NCBI GenBank assembly: GCA_963789395.1
Contig: CAWBKP010000012.1
Coordinates: forward strand, 1-64,000
Origin: an uncultured delta proteobacterium
GTDB taxonomy: Bacteria; Desulfobacterota; Desulfobacteria; Desulfobacterales; Desulfatirhabdiaceae
DNA length: 64,000 nt
Reading direction: 5' to 3'
Shown here: one piece after another, positions 12,541-24,255 of the stretch
How the letters are laid out: each line of letters opens with the position of its first letter
How positions within the stretch are numbered: position 1 is the stretch's first letter
Translations under genes and position numbers: made by a program
The notes under the pieces: model-generated
The model's input: only the letters and a program-made list of their open reading frames with translations
The model's database searches: none
What the model was told of the DNA's origin: nothing

Positions 12541-12576
12541 GGAAATCCCCCCAGCCCCCCTTTTCAAAGGGGGAAT
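12541..12576. repeat. CCCC-TTT..AAA-GGGG REP-like unit
   Basis: gaaatccccccagcccccttttcaaaggggga-like sequence. Confidence 0.7.
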
Positions 12577-12644
12577 ATGTCAAAAACTTGCCCTAACGAA
12601 CCCTCATGATGCCTTTCCAGGATATTAGTACACGAAGAGTATCA

Positions 12645-13921
12645 ATGACGGACTCTGGACCCAAAAAAGCCAAAGGTATTCTACGGATGGTATGGTCGGA
12701 GGGCTTTTCGGGGTTGCGTTTTTCGGCCCGATGGGGCGGTATATCCTGACTTCCTTTTTCCCTTTCATCATGAAGGATCCCGGGCTGGTCCCGCGAAACC
12801 ATCGGGCTTGCCTTTACGATTCATTTCTGGGTATATGCATTTTTCGCCCTGGCAACCGGACGATTCATCGACAGGATCGGGGGAAGAAGAATCATTTTTG
12901 CCGGCGGCGCCCTCATGCTGATCGGTCTGGTCTGTCTGTCCATGCGTGCAGCAGATCTGGCAGTTCTATATGGTTTTCGGCGTGCTTCTGGCAGCCCCGG
13001 TCTCCATGACCCATCTTGTGCCCAATACCGCCATCGTTCGCAAATGGTTTGTCAAAAAATCCGGTTTCGCCACCGGCGTGGTGACCATGGGAACGGTATC
13101 TGGGACTGGCCTGCACTGCCCCCCGTCATCAGCCATTACAGCGCATCCATGGGATGGCGCACCATCTGTCTGATAGCGGCGTCGATAATCGGCACGTTGA
13201 TCATGCTGATTGCCGTTATGATCATCCGGAACACCCCGGAATCCATCGGGCTATCGCCTTATGGCGAAGAACCCGAATCCGCGATGCACGGCGAATATTC
13301 AAATGCAGATGCATTTTGTATCGCCTGAAAAACCCCGCAGACTGACCCAACAGCAAGCCATGCATACCCAAGCATTCTGGTATATTATTTCTGGCATATG
13401 CCATTACCGGCATTCCGCTCCAGGGAATTTTGGGTCATATCATCATCTGGGGCGTGGAGGCAGGGGTTGCGCCTGCGGATTCGGGACTGATCATGGCGAT
13501 GATGACCCTCCCGTCCATTCCGGTAAGAGTTCTGGCAGGATGGCTGGGAGATCGCTTCGGGAAAAAAATGGTTCTGATTTTTTTCAATCTCTTGCGGTAT
13601 TGATCTGGCTGGGTGGCTGGATATTCATTCAGGACGGCAGCAGCTTTATTGCATTTGCGGTATTGAACGGATTTGTGTACAGCGCGCCTTTTTCACTGTA
13701 TACACCGTTTCTGGGCGATATTTTCGGCAGATCGGCCGTGGGAACGCTCATGGGCATCATTACCCTGGGGCATGCCCTGTTCGGCGGAATCGGCCCGTAT
13801 CTCTGGGGGAAGATTGCAGACACCACCGGATCCTATGCCTTGAATTGTCCGGTATCTCGCCGGTTGTTATGCGATCGTGACGATTTTTCTCTGTCTGATC
13901 AAAACGGAATCTACGAAATAA
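12645..13921 (+). CDS. MFS transporter (OFA-like), heavily frameshifted
   Basis: FYGW start, GRFIDRIG, VRKWFVKKSGFATG, IRNTPESIGLSPYG, GDIFGRSAVG, GKIADTTGSY. Confidence 0.8.
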
Positions 13922-13936
13922 CAAATCACTCATTTT

Positions 13937-14066
13937 GAGCCTCTTGCAACCGTACCGCTGTTAATCACCCCGGTGAAAACCGGGGTCCAGAAGCCTTTAT
14001 TTACTGGATACAGGCTTTCGCCGGTATGACGGAAGACGGATTTTTAAGTGGTTTTACAAGATGCTC
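13937..14066. mobile_element. MITE-like element: imperfect TIRs around a REP doublet
   Basis: gagcctcttgcaa ... ttacaagatgctc enclosing atcaccccggtgaaaaccggggtccag and ctggatacaggctttcgccggtatgacg. Confidence 0.6.
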
Positions 14067-14148
14067 TTTAGAAAGTGGGATTTTAATTACTGATTTAAAC
14101 CTGAACCGGTTTTCCGTTCAGACACGATTTTTTTTGAGAGGTTAATGC

Positions 14149-15292
14149 ATGAACGCTTTGTTCGATGGCACCACTATCGGCAGACTCAGGCTGCGAAATC
14201 GCTTTGTCCGATCCGCAACTTATGATGGCTATGCGGACAAGGCCGGCCATGTTACGGAAAAGCAGATCCTTCTTTACGAAGAACTGGCCAGAGGCGGGGT
14301 GGGGCTGATCGTCAGCGGCATTGCCAGCGTCCATCCATCGGGCCGGATTTCCGCTTTTCAGAACATCGTCAGCGATGACGCGGCCATACCCGGGCTGAAA
14401 AAACTCGTCGATGCCGCCAATTCCCACGGTGCGGCAATCGCCCTGCAGCTCTTTCATGGCGGCAGGGAATCGGCCGTGTATCAGCAATACAGAAAATCCG
14501 AAGCCATTTCGCCTTCGGTGCGCTTAAATGATCCTTACTGCGAACTGAAATACCGGGCCATATCGGAAGATGAGATCATCGCGGTCATCGGGGCTTTCGG
14601 CGACGCAGCTGTCCGGGCGCAAGAAGCGGGTTTCGATGCCGTCCAGATCCACGCCGCCCATGCCTATCTGCCCAGCCAGTTTTTATCCCCGTTTACCAAC
14701 CAGCGCACCGATGCCTGGGGAGGGACTTCGGAAAAAAGGCTTCGCTTCCTTCACGAAATATACAAAGATATCCGGGTCAAAGGTCGGCGATGATTATCCG
14801 GTTCTGATCAAAATGGGGGTTGCGGACGGTTTTCCAGAAGGGCTCCGGTTTTCCGAAGGCAAATCCGCCGCCGTCAGCTGCGCAGGCTGGGGGGTGGATG
14901 CCATCGAAATCAGCCAGGGACTGAGAGGCAGACGATACAGCCAGACGGAATTCCGTACAAAGCTCAAGGGGACGGGTCAGGAGGGATATTTCAGAAATTG
15001 GTGCAGGGAGATCAAGGAAGCGGTGGATATCCCGGTCATGATGGTCGGCGGGTTGAGGCACCTTGACCTGATGGAAGCAGTCATCCGTAACCGGGAGGCG
15101 GATTTTGTCTCCCTGAGCCGGCCCCTGATTCGGGAGCCGGACATTATCGGCAGGTGGGAAAAAGGGGAGGGATGCATCCCTTCCTGCGTTTCCTGCAACC
15201 TCTGCTTTGAAGCGCTGCTTAAGGGCACCCCGCTTCACTGTGCCTATGAAGCGAGCATCGACAGGAGTCGGTCCCGATCGGATGTGATCTGA
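14149..15292 (+). CDS. NADH:flavin oxidoreductase (old yellow enzyme family), frameshift near 14780
   Basis: LRNRFVRSAT, LQLFHGG, GFDAVQIHAAHAYL, FLSPFTNQRTDAWGG, SRPLIREP, CVSCNLC. Confidence 0.92.
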
Positions 15293-17176
15293 TCCTGGGG
15301 AACCACGCGCAGCAGCTCCTCAAGAGTCGTAATGCCGGCAAGCACCCGTTTGAAGCCGTCTTCCAGAAGGGTGGTCCGTGTTCCAGGCGCAAACATGTTT
15401 TTCCGCAACCGGACAGTGTCCGGTCTGGCGTCTATTTGAGCCAATTCCTCGCAAGTCGGCAGCCAGAGCTCGATAATGGGACGTCTGCCGCTGTACCCGG
15501 TGTAATTGCAGAGATCGCACCCCTTGCCTTTTTTCAGGGTCAGGCGCGGTAGGTATGGCAGGCCGAACGCCTTCATGATTTCCGGAGACGGGATATGCGG
15601 GGTTGTGCATTCGCGGCAGATGTGGCGGATCAGGCGCTGGGCGAGCACGCAGCGAAGCGACGATGAAACGATGCTGGCTTCAATGCCGAAGTCGAGCAGG
15701 CGGGTGACAGCGCTGGTAGCATCATGGGTATTGATCGCGCCGAGCACGGTGCGGCCGGTAAGGGCCGCATGCAGGGCGGCTCTTGCGGTTTCCGGATCCC
15801 TGATTTCACCGACCAGGATGTTGTCTGCATTCTGACGAGTATACGCGCGAAGTAATGTTGCAAACGTGTTGCCGATACTTTCGTTGACTTCCGTCTGGGT
15901 GGCGCCTTCAATCGCAAATTCTACCGGGTCTTCAACGGTCAGGGTCTTTGATTCCGGAGTCATGATTTTCGAGAGCATGGCATGGAGCGTGAGCGATTTG
16001 CCGGAATCGGCCGGGCCGCTAATCAGAAAAATTCCCGCCGGTATCATTCAGGGCCTGAGCCAGCGCCTTGATCTGATCCGGAAAATAACCCAGGTTCTCA
16101 ATGGGATTGAGCTTTGCGTTCCTGTCGAAAATACGGATCGCCACGTTTTCGCCGTGACGGGCAGGAACCGTTGAAACGCAGAGATCGATGCGCCGAATCT
16201 CGTCTGCCCTTAACGCTTTTACTGAAAAAGCTGCCGTCCTGCGGCCGGCGCTTTCGGCGATATCCATTTCACAGAGCGATTTGATTCGTGATACGATCAG
16301 CTGTCTGTTGACGGTTATCAGCGCTTTGTCCTCACCCATGTCAAGTTTCTGGAGCACACCGTCAATCCGGTATCGGACGGACATGTCTTTTTCCGTAAAT
16401 TCGAGATGAATATCTCTGGCCTCTTTGAAATCCCATGAAATATCAGGTTTTTGACCAGAGGGTCGATACTGGCGCTGACAGCCTCGCCGGTGGTTTTGGC
16501 ACCGGAAGTATCCCGGGAAGCATAATCGGAGATTTCGATGGAAACCGGAGCGGGCGATGTTGCAGGCGGCTTTTCGAGATTGAAAAGTTGCTGCATTGCG
16601 GCGCTGATATCGCGCTCCTTGGCGATGACGGGCTTGATCCGGAACTTGATGAAGTTTTCGATCTGCCTCAACTCATTTCGTTGCAGGGGGAATGACATGG
16701 CGATCGTAATGGTCTGACCATCCGAGGCAACGGGGACGATCTTGTGCCGCTGGGCGAAATTGGCGTTTAAAATCCGCGCCAGATCCGGATCGAAACGAAA
16801 CTGGGTGATATCCATGAACGGTAGATCATACTGGCTGGCAATCGACCCGTGCCAGGTTTTCCTCGCTCACCAGATTCAGCTTCAATAATGCCTTGTCGAG
16901 CGGAATACGTTCTTCCCGGCTCAGGTTGACGGCATCGCTCAATCCGGATTCATCGATCAATTTGTTTTTTAAGAGAATATCGTCAAGTTTCTGACGTTTG
17001 TTGGTCCGATCCAGTACCATTTGCAGGTCTTCGGGACGCAGCGCACCCATCTGACACAGAATCTGCCCCAACGGAATTTCCGGTGTCGACAACTGCTTGA
17101 CCAGCGCATCCTGAATCTGTCCGGCAGTGACGAGTTCGTTTTTCAGCAGCAATTTGCCAAGTCTGGCTTCGGCCAT
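15244..17176 (-). CDS. GspE/PulE/PilB-family secretion ATPase with N-terminal MshEN domain, frameshifted
   Basis: RLGKLLLKNELV...PLGQIL, VRYRIDGVL, Walker A GPADSGKS, TVEDPVE, VGEIRD, VLAQRL, CxxC..CxxC, GITTLEELLRV. Confidence 0.88.
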
Positions 17177-17301
17177 GGGGGTTCCTTTATCTGATTGTTA
17201 AAGGAATAAATATTTTTACAAAAGATCTGGCTGAATTTTAAGCAAATAATGTGCCATGATTGAAATGTCGTCAGATTCTGTAGCACCTGTCCGGAAACCT
17301 G

Positions 17302-18872
17302 TCAAGAACAGTTTCCTTCCATCCGGCGAGAAGCATTGCGGCCAAATGGAATCCCCAGCTTTCGCATCCGTTTTCGAAGCGTGGAGGGGTGGATGTTCAG
17401 TCGCCTGGCAGCCCCGGTTTCCCCCTCCACGCGGCCCTTGCAAATGTCCAGGGCACGGCGGATGTGATGGCTTGTCAATGTGTTCAGATCCAGGATTTCC
17501 GGCTGCGGCGAGAAGACGGGAAAGGGCAGGTCCCCATGAATTTTATCGGTTTTGGGTGCGATATCATCAAAGACCAGCGGCTCCCCCCGGCTGAGGATCA
17601 GTGCCCGCTCCACCGCGTTTTCCAGCTCGCGGACATTGCCGGGCCAGTGATAGGCCATCAGGCGGTCCAGGGCGCCGGATGCCAGTCCCGGCGCCGGAGC
17701 TGCGCTTCATCTCGCGGGTTTTTTTCTGAATAAAGTACTGAACCAGGGCCGGCAGATCCATCATCCGGCTGCGAAGGGGAGGGATGGCGATCGGAAACAC
17801 CCGAAGCCGGAAATACAGATCTTCCCGGAATGCGCCGATACGCATCATTTTCTCAAGATTCCGGTGGGTGGCGGCAATGATGCGGATATCCACGGCAATG
17901 GGGCCTGATCCGCCGACGCGCTCGATTTCTTTTTCCTGGAGCACGCGGAGCAGCCGGACCTGGGCTTCCAGGGACAGTTCCCCGATTTCATCCAGAAACA
18001 GGGTGCCGGTGTTGGCCCGTTCGATTCTTCCCCGTTTCTGGGAAAGAGCGCCGGTAAAGGCGCCTTTTTCATGTCCGAACAGTTCGCTGTCCATCAGGGT
18101 CGGTGGAATGGCGCCGCAATTGACTTTTATAAACGGCGCCTGCCTGCGCAGCGAGGCCTTGTGAATGGCATTGGCAATCACTTCCTTGCCGGACCCGGTT
18201 TCTCCCAGCAGCAGCACCGGACTGTCCAGCGGAGCCACCTGACGAACCAGATCCATGACCGACTTCAGCCCGAAATCCGCGCCGATGACGTCTTCGCCGA
18301 CCATTCGCCGCAGTTCATCCTGAAGATACCGGTTGTCGTCCGCCAGCAGGTCCCGCAGTTTCTGCAATTCCCGATATCGCAGGCTGTTGGTCAGGGCCAC
18401 GGCAAAAGGTTCGTTGATGGTGCCGATGAGCTGCAACATGTTCTTCCGTGAAAGGGATTGCGGCCGTTTCCGAAAATGGCCAGAACCCCCAGAAGCTTTC
18501 CTTCCAGAACCAGGTCGGAAACCACGGCCGGCAGATCCAGGGCATTGAATTTTTCGGCAACCGGGCTGCACACCGGATCATCCCCGAGTCTGGGGATGGC
18601 CCGGACCCGGATGAGTCCCTGTTTTTCAATGCGTTTTCGCGTCTCATCCGATAGCTGGGAATTCAGGGCAAGGCCCGGAACCCTTCGCTGGTGGCATTGG
18701 CCACGGTCTCCACAACACCCACATCGCGATGATAGATGTGCAGGCTCATCTGGCTGGCCGGCAGAAAATCCCGGATGTACAGCAGGCATTGCCACAGGGC
18801 TTTTTCTATTTCCAGACTGCCGCAGATCCGGAGCGTTACCTGCCGGAAAAAATCCTTTTCATCGATATTCAT
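17302..18872 (-). CDS. Sigma-54-dependent activator (GAF-AAA+-HTH, FhlA/NifA-like), frameshifted
   Basis: [46 protein letters not shown]-terminal HTH. Confidence 0.92.
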
Positions 18873-18897
18873 GGCTTTCCCTTAAAAAACATTACCA

Positions 18898-18978
18898 TGG
18901 AACAGTTATAAGGGATAACCGGCAAATAGTACAGATATAACTGTTCCAGGGGGTTGATATTTTATGTTGATATTTTAT
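18898..18978. promoter_or_regulatory. Candidate activator-binding region
   Basis: Perfect 13-bp inverted repeat tggaacagttata-N25-tataactgttcca, then tandem direct repeat (gttgatattttat)x2. Confidence 0.55.
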
Positions 18979-19006
18979 CTATCTGAATTATTGAATCAAA
19001 TTGAAT

Positions 19007-19022
19007 TGGCACGACTTGTGCT
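19007..19022 (+). promoter_or_regulatory. Sigma-54 -24/-12 promoter
   Basis: TGGCACGACTTGTGCT with GG-N10-GC spacing, about 100 bp before the acyl-CoA dehydrogenase start and divergent from a sigma-54 activator. Confidence 0.85.
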
Positions 19023-19120
19023 GATAACAACGGATGGCATTTGATATAAAACTGACTGTTATCTGACCGAACGTTGCTTAATTCAGAATAAATCCGATAA
19101 CAATTAAAGGAGACACGATT

Positions 19121-20936
19121 ATGGCACAGGTGATAACGGACAAAAGAGATGTGGAATTTGTCCTTCACGAACAGCTTGAAGTTGAAAAACTGGCAAAATA
19201 CGAACGCTTTGCCGAGTTCAATAAAAAAACAGTGGACTTGATCCTTTCCGAAGCGCGCAATCTGGCTGTCAAGGAAATGCTGCCTGTCCTGAAAATCGCC
19301 GACGAGGAAGGATGCAAATTTGAAAACGGCACGGTCAAGGCTCCGGAAGCGTTTCATCGCATTTACGATCTTTTCAAGGAAGGCGAATGGATCGCCTCTG
19401 TGCGATGATCCCGAATTGGGCGGGCAGGGCATGCCGTCGGCCGTTGCCCAGGCGGTAAAAAACTATTTTTACGGAGCCAATTTCCCGTTTACCCTGACCA
19501 TCCTGTTGTCTCACGGGGCCGGAAAACTGGTGGAGCGGTTCGGTACGGAAAAGCAGAAAAACCTGTTTCTGAAAAAAATGTACACTGGCGAATGGTCCGG
19601 GACCATGCTCCTGACCGAGCCCCAGGCAGGCTCCGATGTGGGTGCTCTGACGACAACCGCCGTTAAAAACGATGACGGCACGTATTCCCTTAGCGGAAAC
19701 AAGATATTCATCTCCAGCGGCGAGCACGACCTGGTGGAAAACATCATCCATCCGGTACTGGCCCGGATCGAAGGCGCGCCTGCGGGGACCTCCGGCATTT
19801 CCCTGTTCCTGGCCCCGAAATACTGGGTCAACGACGACGGCAGTCTGGGAGAATTCAACGACGTCGTCTGCACCGGCATCGAAGAAAAAATGGGCATCCA
19901 CGGCAGCCCCACCTGTTCGCTGACGCTGGGCGGCAAGGGCAAGTGCCGGGGAACCCTGCTGGGTGATGAGAACAAAGGCATGCGGGCCATGTTCGTTATG
20001 ATGAACGAAGCCCGTCTGGATGTGGGCATGCAGGCACTGGGATGCGCATCCGCCTCTTTCCAGAATTCGCTGAACTACGCCAGGGAACGCGTTCAGGGCA
20101 GGCACCTTACCGCCAGTGGAAAGGACGCTCCACCGGTTCCCATCATCCAGCACCCGGATGTGCGCAGGATGCTGCTGAGCATGAAGGCATACGTGGAAGG
20201 GTGCCGGAGCATTATCTATTACATCGGTTTTTGCGAAGACATGATCCATGTCAGTAAGGATCCGGCCGATAAAGCCCGGTATCAGGGGCTCATCGATTTG
20301 CTCATTCCCATTGCCAAGGGCTATGTATCGGACAGGGCTTTTGAAGTCTGCAGCCAGGGGGTTCAGATTTTCGGCGGCTACGGATATACAAAGGAATATC
20401 CCCAGGAGCAGTATCTCCGGGACTGCAAGATCACCCATATCTACGAAGGCACGAACGGCATTCAGGCCATGGATCTGCTGGGAAGAAAACTGGGGCTTAA
20501 CAAGGGACAGCTCTTCAGGGATCTGTTGACGGAAATCCGAAAAACCGTTGAAGCTGCCAAAAATCTGAGCGGACTTGAAGATCTGGCGGAAAAGGCAGAG
20601 GCGATTTCGGTGGAACTGGAAAAGGCCGCAGATTTCATCGGCAGGATGGCCGCATCCGACAATACCATGACCGCTTTCTCCCATGCGTATACCTTCATGG
20701 ATGTCACGGGAGATACGGTTACCGCATGGATGCTGCTTTGGCGGGCGGTCGTGGCAGCCCAAAAACTGCAGGCAGGCGCCAAGGGCAAGGATGCGGTATT
20801 CTACGAGGGACAGGTCGCAACCGCCCGTTTCTTTATAAACACGGTGCTTCCTGTTACTTTTGGAAAAATCAATGTGATCCTCACCCTGGACTGTACGGCA
20901 ACTGCTCTTTCAGAAGATGCTTTCGGTGGAAAATAA
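19121..20936 (+). CDS. Acyl-CoA dehydrogenase (long type), frameshift near 19400
   Basis: GTMLLTEPQAGSDVG, EEKMGIHGSPT, GGYGYTKEYPQEQYLRD, IYEGTNGIQ. Confidence 0.93.
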
Positions 20937-20969
20937 ATAAATTTTGCCCTACTTTTAGCCATTTTTACA

Positions 20970-21018
20970 TTTGAATTTTGAATTTGTTTCGAATTTCGGA
21001 TTTCGATATTCGAATTTT
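20970..21018. repeat. Degenerate 7-bp tandem repeat
   Basis: tttcgaa tttcgga tttcgat attcgaa. Confidence 0.65.
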
Positions 21019-21073
21019 GCCTGAACGGACTTGTCCGTTCAGGCACTATAGCCATATAAGAGGAGATAAAGAA

Positions 21074-22325
21074 ATGAAAGACGTCGTCATCGTTTCCGCC
21101 TGCCGCACCGCCATCGGTGCATTCGGTGCAAGCTTGAAGGATTTAAATGGCGCCACCCTTGCCAGCATCACCATGAAGGAAGCCATCAAACGGGCCAATA
21201 TCGACCCGGCATTGATCGATGACGTGCGCTACGGGTGCTGTCTTGAACATCACGACACCCTGAACACGACGCGGGTTGCAGCGCTCATGGCCGGCATTCC
21301 GGAAACCGTGACCGCCGCCACCATCAACCGGGTCTGCATTTCCGGAATGGAAGCCGTGGTTTCGGGTATGGCAATGATTCAGGCCGGAGATGGCCGATGT
21401 CATCCTGGCCGGTGGCGTGGAGCACATGTCCGGTGTTCCCTATACGGTCCCCGGTGCCCGGTGGGGATGCCGTCTTCAGGACCAGCAGTTTGTAGATGCC
21501 ATGATTCACGCCCTGCACTGCGGCTCCATGATCATGCCGCTGGATGCCACGGCGCCCCTGAACCTGGAAGAGGCGCCTGCCAAATTCTTTGCCGGAAAAC
21601 CCTACATTATGGGGCAGACCGCGGAATTCGTGGCCCATCTTCACAACATCAGCCGCGAGGAAATGGATGAAGTGGCCTTAAGAAGCCACAACAACGCCGA
21701 GCGGGCCACGCAGGACGGCTCTTTCAAAGAGGAAATCGTTCCGGTGGAAGTGCCCCAGAGAAAAAAAGCACCGATCATCTTTGACAAGGACGAGCATTTC
21801 CGGCCCGGCCTGACTCTGGAACAACTGCAGAAACTGCCTCCGGGATTCATCCCCAAAACCGGCAAGGTCACGGCAGGCAATTCCAGCGGCCTCAATGACG
21901 GCTCCGCCGGCATGATCATCATGTCCGCAGAAAAAGCCAAAGAACTGGGCATTACCCCCATTGCCCGGATCAAAGCCACCTCGCGGGGCGGGTGCCATCC
22001 GGCGGTCATGGGCCTGTCTCCGGTTCCCGCCGTTAAAAATCTTCTTGAGAAAAACAAATTGAAACTTGCGGATTTCGAGCTGATCGAGGTCAACGAGGCG
22101 TTTGCAGCCCAGTACATCGGCTGCGAAAAAGAGCTGGGCTTAAACCGCCAGATCACCAACGTCAACGGATCGGGCATCGGACTAGGACATCCCGTGGGCG
22201 CCACCGGCGCCCGTATCATGGTCACCCTCATCCATGCCATGAAAAAACGCGGCAACACGCTGGGCCTTGCCACCCTCTGCGGCGGCGGCGGCGTATCCAT
22301 GGCCTGCGCCATTGAAATGCTTTAA
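21074..22325 (+). CDS. Thiolase, frameshift near 21390
   Basis: ACRTAIG, NRVC, GGVEHMS, TAGNSSGLNDG, NEAFAAQ, GHPVGATG, CGGGG. Confidence 0.93.
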
Positions 22326-22407
22326 TTGACAATAACGATCTGATTGTATTAAAGCTGAATTCACCCTTGGAAAGGGAGTCTAACCTCAAACGCACTGGGA
22401 GGCAAAC

Positions 22408-24072
22408 ATGACCGAATGGAAGAACACCCCTTTGACCGGGGAAGAATCGGCCCGCTACAACGTCGTCAACCGGGATACAATCGAATTTTTAAAGAACCGT
22501 TACAACAAGGTCAACCGATGGGTCATCGCGGACATGATCCGCAGAAGCCGGTATCACTATCCGGACAAAAAAGCCCTGATCTTCGGGGACAAGAGCCTCA
22601 CCTACACCGAACTCGAAGACCAGGCCAACCAGGTGGCCAATGCCCTGATCGGGCTTGGCGTCCAGAAATACGACCGGGTGGCGATTCTGGCCCACAACAC
22701 GATCCACCATGTGGTGACCTGGCTGGGGTGCTGCAAGGTCGGTGCCGTATATCTGGCCATCAATTATCTGCTGCGCGGAAAAGACATCACCTATTGCATC
22801 AACCATTCCGAAAGCACGACCTTTATCGTGGAAGATGCGCTGTACGATCTGGTCAAGGATGTTCTGGACGACATGCCGACCGTAAAAACCCTGATCTGGT
22901 CCAATCAGGGCGCGGGGAAACCGCCCGTCAGCGACCGGTTCAAGGATTTCGACGCCTGGTACCAGGCATTTCCCGCAACCGAGCCGGACACGGTCCTTCA
23001 TATCGACGATCCCTGCCAGATGACTTATACCAGCGGCACCGAGTCCCTCCCGAAGGGCGTCATCATCAGCAACCAGGCCCTGATGTCCGAGTACATGGGC
23101 GCCATCATCGACGGCGGGTATGAATCCGACGACATCAGCGTCAACGCTCTTCCCATTTTTCACTGCGCCCAGCGGGACGTGTTTTTGAATCCCTTTTTCT
23201 GGGTCGGTGCCACCAATATTCTGGTGACGCCGGAAATCGACAAAATCCTGAAGACCATCGCGGATTACAAGGCCACCGTGTTTTTTGCGCCGCCCACGGT
23301 CTGGATCGGACTCATGCGTCACCCCGATTTTGATAAATACGATCTGTCCAGTCTAAAAAAATGCTATTACGGGGCATCCATCATGCCCGTTGAAGTATTA
23401 AAGGAAATGATGAAGCGACTGCCCGGAAGCAAGGTTTACAATTATTACGGGCAGACCGAGCTGGCCCCCTACCATACGATTTTAAAGGCCAAGGACGCCA
23501 TGACCAAGCTGGGGTCAGCGGGCATGGCGGGCCTGAACATGGAAACCCGCCTGGAAGATGATGAAAACAAGCCGATCACCGGTATCAATGTTCCCGGAGA
23601 GATCTGCGGCAAAGGTCCGCATGCCTTGATGATGTATTTCAAAGAGCCCAAGAAAACCGAAGAAGCCATGAAGGGCGGATGGTTTCATTCCGGCGACATC
23701 GGCGTTCTGGATGCGGACCGGTACATCTCGGTCGTGGACCGCAAAAAAGATATGATCAAAACCGGCGGGGAAAACGTCTCCACCCGAGAGGTGGAAGAAG
23801 TCATCTATCAGGACAGCCGCATCGAGGAGGTGGCGGTTGTGGGCATCAACCATCCCTCGTGGGTGGAAGCGGTTACGGCCTTTGTCGTTGTCCGGCGCGG
23901 CGAAAAAGTGACCGAGCAGGAAATCATCGACCGCTGCAAAAAAGAGCTGGCACCTTTTAAAGTGCCCAAGAAAATTGTTCTCATGGATGCGCTTCCCAAA
24001 ACCCCCACCGGAAAAATCCTGAAGCGGGACATGCGCGCTTCCAACAAGGATCTCTTTACCCAGAACAAATAA
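22408..24072 (+). CDS. Acyl-CoA synthetase (AMP-forming)
   Basis: YTSGTESLPKG, YGQTE, WFHSGD, DRKKDMIKTGGENV, LPKTPTGK. Confidence 0.95.
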   Translation: MTEWKNTPLTGEESARYNVVNRDTIEFLKNRYNKVNRWVIADMIRRSRYHYPDKKALIFGDKSLTYTELEDQANQVANALIGLGVQKYDRVAILAHNTIHHVVTWLGCCKVGAVYLAINYLLRGKDITYCINHSESTTFIVEDALYDLVKDVLDDMPTVKTLIWSNQGAGKPPVSDRFKDFDAWYQAFPATEPDTVLHIDDPCQMTYTSGTESLPKGVIISNQALMSEYMGAIIDGGYESDDISVNALPIFHCAQRDVFLNPFFWVGATNILVTPEIDKILKTIADYKATVFFAPPTVWIGLMRHPDFDKYDLSSLKKCYYGASIMPVEVLKEMMKRLPGSKVYNYYGQTELAPYHTILKAKDAMTKLGSAGMAGLNMETRLEDDENKPITGINVPGEICGKGPHALMMYFKEPKKTEEAMKGGWFHSGDIGVLDADRYISVVDRKKDMIKTGGENVSTREVEEVIYQDSRIEEVAVVGINHPSWVEAVTAFVVVRRGEKVTEQEIIDRCKKELAPFKVPKKIVLMDALPKTPTGKILKRDMRASNKDLFTQNK

Positions 24073-24090
24073 CGCAATTCTCCCTATTAT

Positions 24091-24165
24091 AATCCCCCCC
24101 TTATAAAAAGGGGGCAGGGGGGGATTTCAAACACCAATACTCCTGAAATCCCCCCTCAATCCCTT
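24091..24165. repeat. Inverted pair of CCCC..GGGG REP-like units
   Basis: cccccccttataaaaagggggcagggggggatttca ... tgaaatcccccctcaatccc. Confidence 0.7.
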
Positions 24166-24255
24166 AACCAATCACTTAACTCAGGTCTCAGACTGAAGAT
24201 TCATGATCCTTCGGCCTTCAGTCTTGTGCCTTCAGCCCAAATAGGAGATTTCCTC

